Shown in pieces: positions 57,949 through 64,000 of a DNA stretch of 64,000 nt. This DNA is from Paraspadella gotoi (Eukaryota; Animalia; Chaetognatha). Every line of letters starts with the position of its first letter. Position 1 is the first letter of the stretch. Position numbers and translations under genes: made by a program. The notes beneath the pieces were generated by a model. It searched no databases and was not told the DNA's origin. It saw only the letters and a program-made list of their open reading frames with translations. The stretch spans positions 27,509,469 to 27,573,468 of the forward strand of contig CM119264.1 in the NCBI GenBank assembly GCA_051294375.1, given 5' to 3'.

Positions 57949-60900
57949 ATGGAGCAAAGAAATGCTTTCCGATTTTGTTCACTTTTAATTTTCCTGATTG
58001 GGTTCGCCATTTCAGAAAAATCTTTTCCAGAAGTAGTCATCAAGTTTAAGGTATGTTGTATTTTTGTGCTACACTGCGGCGCAAAAAAAAGAAGACACTA
58101 GGTAGCTTTAAATACACCACTATTTTTTTTTATTTTGAGAAAATATATATGAAAAGTATAGCTCTTTTAATGAGCTATCAATTGGTGCTAAAAAAATTGG
58201 TACTGGACGTAGAACATAGCAAGACTTTAAAGTTAGAGTCTCAAAATGAAATTGGGAAAAAATGATTTCCAAAGGTTAGTATTGCTGATACTTCTTTTTT
58301 TGACTGATGTTTATAATATAGAATTAATAAAATCATAATGGAATTAAATATATAAAAGGGTTGGCAATAAATTTGTATTACTTTTTTTTAAAAATATTTT
58401 TTTAATTACTGCCAAATATAGCATTTTAATAATAAATATTGAAAACAATCAATTTTTTTAAAATTATCTCAAAATCAAAACATAATTTTATGATAAAAAT
58501 AAAAAAAAATAATTTTAATATAATTGTAAGAGTTTATATTAGTCTGCAGAGAGGCAAAAGTGATTTTGGTTTTTGCAAGCTGATTGGTCGATTCCGGTTC
58601 CAGCTCAGCCAATCAGCATTCGGTGATTCCATTCTGGCGGCGATTTTGGATTCTGCTGAGATTGATCTCCTGAGATGACGAGATGCCATAAGGAAAAAAA
58701 CTTTGATGTGAAAAAGCTTTGAAATTAACCTTGGGTAAGTTATCACTCAACTGCTGTTTCTGTTATTTTTAAAAGATTATTTTTCTATATAGTTTCCCTA
58801 CTTATTTTATTTTTATTGAGGTTGAAATTGGTTGAAATCCATCCCTACAGATATTTGATGCTGAATTTGTTCAGCTAATTTTATATTAAAAATATATTAT
58901 AATAATAAAAAGTCAGAGACTCTTTTTGATTAAAATTAATTTATTCTCGTGAAATATTTTGTACCAATCGACTTTGATGTCCTATAAATTTCTGACGCTT
59001 TTATCGATTTTAATGGCACCTGGACCAATCGCTTTATCTTTCAATAAGCTTTGTTTTATGTTTCTATATTGCAGTGAAATTCATCCATCCAATATAGTTT
59101 TTCTGGTGTAAAAGAAGTGTCTTTTTTTTGCGCCGCAGTGTATTTGAAAGGTCATTTTATCCGTGAATCAACTAATTTAATTGTATGTAAAATGATCATA
59201 ATCTAATGATTTTAACCCTCTTGCAATGATTTAGATTTCTCCTCACGGTTAATTCCAGGTATTAATTATTACTATAGTAACTAGTTCGACTATTTTCAAT
59301 CCCGTTCTAATTATCAGACTTCTTGCGAAGCCAATTGCATCGATGAATTTGCCAAGTTTCACGGCCTCACCGCCAGGGTGTCGCAAGGCAACGGATATTT
59401 TCGATTTAAAAAAATGCGCCAACAAAATAACATCAATGAAATGAACGGAGTCCCAACTTCTTTCCGAGGAATTTCGTTGGAGGAGATGAGAGCGCTGGTA
59501 TCATCGTCGTCCACTTCAGGAAGCGTCATCGAAAAAGTCTTACCCCAGATTCCCAAAGTCAGGTCCAGTTACGTGAATTGACCCTTGGACTGGCGATGTG
59601 CCCGAGCTTATTAATGTCTTCACCCCAGGCATAAACGCCGGGCCACGGATGTGTCCAATTACAATGATCCTGAATGGGGACGCATGTGGTATCTCAATGA
59701 CAAAATCGAGGGCGTCACTATGAACGTGGAGCGTGTATGGAAAAGAGGTGCTCATGAATCGATGACACGATTCATACAGTTGATTGACCAACGACCAGTG
59801 ACCAATGTCCAGTGACCCCCCCTCCCTTATATTGTCAGGCTACACTGGGGCCAACGTGGTGGTAGCTGTGGTTGCCGACGGGATCGAAATCGACCATCCG
59901 GAGTTGGTTGACAACTTTGACCTCTCCGCCTCCTACGATTTTGTCGATAACGATCCGAATCCGGATGTTACCATCTCGCCCCTGCTCAGCTCCCTAAGGT
60001 TAGAAAGGACGTAAGAATATTTTTTTCCGGTTTTGGGAGCCCTAAGTGGTAGTGATTGGGTCTTGATTGGAACAATGTTTAGGGGTAGGCTAAACCAATG
60101 CCCGGTAAAAAAAAGTTTTTTCCTTCCCATCTGCGGCGTCAGTTTCGGCACCTGCAGCGCCGGCATCATCGCAGCAGCGCCGAACAACAGCCTCTGCGGC
60201 GTCGGAATCGCACACGGTGCTCGCATCGGCGGGATAAGGTGTCATTCAACAACAAAATGCTATATTTGTTGTATCAATTATATGTAATCATATGTAATGT
60301 CCATGTCAATAAATAATAAAGCCGGATTTTTTTATTTTCCAGAATGCGGAAAGTTGATGTCGATAGCGGGGGTGGTCGAGATAAAAATGGCGATGTTGAT
60401 TTCGATCGTCTCGCGTCCATCGCTCTCTCCTTCAACTTTGATTACGTGGACATTTACTCTTCCGCCTGGGGACCCAAAGATGATGGGAAAGTCGTCGTTG
60501 GGCCGGGGCCACTGACAAAAATGTAAATAAATACCCAAAGTGGCGTGTAGAACAATAACGGGCCCGGGCCTCTCCAAAAAATTTTTAGATGTCTCTCGTG
60601 AAAAGTCAAAATAATTTTTCTCTTATTATAATATGCATATAGTAGTTATAAGTAGTTATAATTAGGGATAACATTAATTAATTCAAGTCCCTATTCTGCC
60701 TTGGCAGGGACTAGAGGTCTTAGATAAGCATTTTTATTCGAAAGCAACAATGTTGATTCAGTATAAACAAGTTTGAGCAAACAATGTCGGATCTGCCTAC
60801 GATAATTTAGCGGTAATCAGCTAAACAAGATGATAATCACGATAATTCTTTGTGATCTATACATATCATAACAGATCTTGTAACAAAACAAATCATAACA

Positions 60901-62079
60901 GACTTCTTAATAAATCTATGAAAATATCAATAAATCAATTGATCAATTAAAAGAACCTGTGGTTGCGCCAATACATGTATGTAAATCGCTTTCAACGGAT
61001 TAGACTAAACTGTTACTGCAGCACAATTAATATTTTATAATTTAAAAAAAATATTTTATCAATAAATATAATATTTTGTTCATTATTTTTACTTACCATG
61101 ATGGAAAAAAAATGTCGCGGTTACTTTTCAGCTATTTTTCGGCATTTTAATGTAAGAATGTAAAAATAAAATTTAGATATCAAAAAAACTCTGGCCTCTT
61201 GTGATTCATATGAGCTGAATCTTATTTATGTACGACAAAAAATACAAGAGACCGTGCAAAAAAAAATGAGTTGGCCAAAAAAATTATTTTTCATATCTAT
61301 AGTTTTCATTTATATCAATTTCCGGTTCTTTATTACTTTTTCAGTTAAACCGTTACTATTAAAAATCTCTACCTTTTTTCAGTCTCATGTCAAATGGTTA
61401 TTTCATCATCTCCATTAGGATAGATTCAGGGATGAATCTTAATTCATATATAAAAAAAGTGATATTAAAAATACTTTGATGCTGTAGATGCTCGAAAATA
61501 TTTTTGTTATATTGTAAAGTATCAATAAAAGTTATAAGGCTCCATGTAACCTTTCTGTGAGCAAAGTTTCTAATTTTTATTTACCTCTTGATGTATAATC
61601 AGAACGAAGTATCAAACAAGTAAAAAAAAAAAGAAAAATCAAAGTTTTTCTTGAAGGGAAAAACAATGCATCATCACATTTTGCAGCAATTTGTTCAGTA
61701 AATCAGGCAAAATATTACTTAAGTCCGACCCTTACTGTTCTCCCGACTGACTGCTGTCCCTCCTTTTCAGTGCCCTTCGACATGGTGTCTACTCCGGACG
61801 CGGTGGGCGTGGCTCCATCTTTGTCTGGGCGGCGGGCAATGGCGGGCTTTCAGGCGACACGTGCGCCTGTGATGGCTACGTGAATTCCCCTTTCACCATC
61901 GCTGTCTCCGCAGTCGATAGGAAAGGTCTTTCCACATTCAACTCAGAGTTGTGCCCCGCCATCATGGCTGTCACATACGCTTCCTCCGACTCCGGCTCTA
62001 TCATCTGCCCGGACATTGGACATCAATGCAAGGAGGAAAATTTACCATCGGTCGCCGCCCCTATCGCAGCGGGCAAGCA

Positions 62080-62110
<31 letters not shown>

Positions 62111-63917
62111 TTGACACTCTTTTGAATCAAGCAGGAATTTTGGCATTGGTGCTGGAGGCGAATTCTTCACTTACCTGGCGCGACCTCCAGCATCTCATTG
62201 TCAAGACTTCGATATCTGATCGGATCGGATACGATTGGAAAACCAACGGAGTTGGGAAACGATTTTCGAACAAGTGAGAAATCGATTTATGATAATTTAA
62301 TTGGTTGATAGAAATATTCTACCACTTCATTGAGAGAAAAACTCATGGAAATAATAAACTTGAATGTACATGGTGACAATACTAAAAGCGCCTGAAAAAA
62401 AAACGCTTGTAGAAGACGAAAATACGAAAAAATAAATGGAGGGAAAAAGGTGAAGGATTGTGACGATGTAAGAGAAGTAGAAGAAAAGAAGCGAGTCTAG
62501 TTCTCTCCTGATCCACTTTTATCATCGCCCGGACAAACTTGACCTTACGGTCTCCTCGGTCCTATTGATGTGTCCGGTCAATCTAAGGTCATTGCCAAAG
62601 CGAGGGCAAAGTGACCGTGTGGATTGACCGGCACGGAGAAAGAGGAGAGATTTCCTGCTCAATCACACACTTTCCTACCCACATTTCAAGACAATCGCCC
62701 CATACAATCATGAGTAATTGGCGTTCATAGCTAACGGGGGACGGACGGACAGACAGACACAGACAGACAAACAGATAGACGGACGGACATCAATTTTTTT
62801 GCATAATTTATCATAATTCGATATTCTGAGATGATGTAAGTGACTTACTTACCGACAAGATTTTGGGGTGGGACCGACGGACCACAAAGTGGATTATAGA
62901 GCCGAGATCGGTTCGATTAAGAGAGTAAAAATTGAATTATCTAAAATTTTAAATATTTTTTAAAAATATATGACCTGTTTAAATTATTATAATATAAAAT
63001 ATTATTATTTATATAAATATCTTAAAAAAGTCTAAGAAAAAAGGACATAAGATAGTTAATCACAATTTAATAAAAAAATTAAATTTGTTTTTGACTATCC
63101 TAATTGAATTAAAGTAAAATTAAAATTCATATATAACATTAAAAGAATCTTCATGGGTTTGCAAATGACAGCTTTTTTTAGCTATGTTATTATCTTGTAA
63201 GAGAGATGAAAGTCTTAACCCAAAATAGCCTGTCAAAAATGAGAGGCAAGATTGCTTATTTATTGAATGAAGGAAAAAAATGAATCCTTTTTATAATATT
63301 TTCATGCCAATTTAATTGTATATTGAAGAAGACAGTAATTATTGTTATGTGTTAGTGACAGAACCGTTCAATATAACGAGTCCGAGCTTAGGATCAGGAT
63401 GTGACACCGTGTTACCAGCAGGTTAAGCGCCCCGTCCCTCTTAACTGTTAGGCGGCCACCGGGCTAGAACCCCGGACCTTTGGGTTGGGAGGCGAATGAC
63501 TTGACTCCGGCACCAATGGCCGCTGAAGAACGGTTGGTGGATTTTAGTCCACCATAATATTGTAGTAATTCAAAATTCAATTCGATTCTTTTTCAATCTT
63601 TTTCAAATATTATGCATCGCCTCAGTTATTTTCTGGCTTTTTAACGCACTCGGCCGGAGTCTTATTTTTCACTCTCCTTTAGTTCTCCTCACGAGTTGGG
63701 CCAAATCATTTATTTACTAATGATTTAGTCGATGTTCCATGATTTCGTCATTTTAGGTTTGGTTTTGGTCTTCTCGATGCAGACGCTCTGGTAACTGCCG
63801 CGCTCTCATGGGAAAGCGTCGATCACGCTTATAAAGACACATGGGTTGCTGATCATAACTTGAACAAAACTTTTGACGAAAAAGAACTTTATGAGGTCGT
63901 CATAAATATTATTTCAG
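57949..63917 (+). CDS. Furin/PC-like proprotein convertase homolog (S8B) with degenerate catalytic triad; 3' end beyond window
   Basis: Signal peptide [22 protein letters not shown]; pro-site VRHKRR; [11 protein letters not shown]; [22 protein letters not shown]; [15 protein letters not shown]; [14 protein letters not shown]; [17 protein letters not shown]; [17 protein letters not shown]; FGFGLLDA. Confidence 0.92.
58072..59140. mobile_element. Tc1/mariner-type non-autonomous element (1069 bp) in convertase intron 1
   Basis: TA-cactgcggcgcaaaaaaaagaagacac ... gtgtcttttttttgcgccgcagtg-TA. Confidence 0.88.
63451..63523 (-). mobile_element. tRNA-like head (Gly-like) of a SINE, or tRNA pseudogene
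   Basis: Perfect GCGGCCA/TGGCCGC acceptor stem and GGTTCTAGCCC B-box-like motif; D and anticodon arms broken. Confidence 0.5.
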
Positions 63918-64000
63918 GTATATGTTAATGTCAACGACCGACGAAACCATACAATGAAGGAAAAAAAAAACTGGCGTGGTAACTTTCATACATAACAATT

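Noticed and set aside
62530-62650. HDV-like ribozyme (tcctcg loop motif plus long hairpin)
   Set aside because: P1, P2 and P3 pairings could not be built.

Overview
Eukaryotic genomic DNA from an invertebrate animal: AT-rich introns, GC-rich exons, microsatellites, four N gaps and an innexin gene. Recognisable genes: a 21-coding-exon beta-catenin (+); a minus-strand secreted/single-pass Cys/EGF-like gene spanning about 15 kb that hosts a nested antisense XK-like gene; a small basic coiled-coil gene; an M14A carboxypeptidase (+); an innexin (-) with an intronic tRNA-Arg(TCG) array; a second, intronless XK-like paralog (-); a Cys-rich protein with a C-terminal TM segment (+); an LRR/coiled-coil/mucin/inactive-trypsin mosaic gene (-) with an intronic degenerate tRNA-Ala array; and a furin-like convertase (+) running off the window end. 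The most notable items are (i) two adjacent, oppositely oriented pseudo-proteases (furin-like with catalytic Asp->Ala and His->Phe; trypsin-like lacking the His and GDSGG motifs), (ii) an extended XK-scramblase-like family, and (iii) a tRNA-Ala-derived gene with a re-paired acceptor stem and a UUC anticodon. Non-autonomous DNA transposons (Tc1/mariner, hAT, Kolobok-like), HINE/DINE-like repeats and tRNA-derived SINE-like copies fill the introns. Recurrent frameshifts at homopolymers suggest assembly indel errors. All gene models were read by eye; no searches were run.
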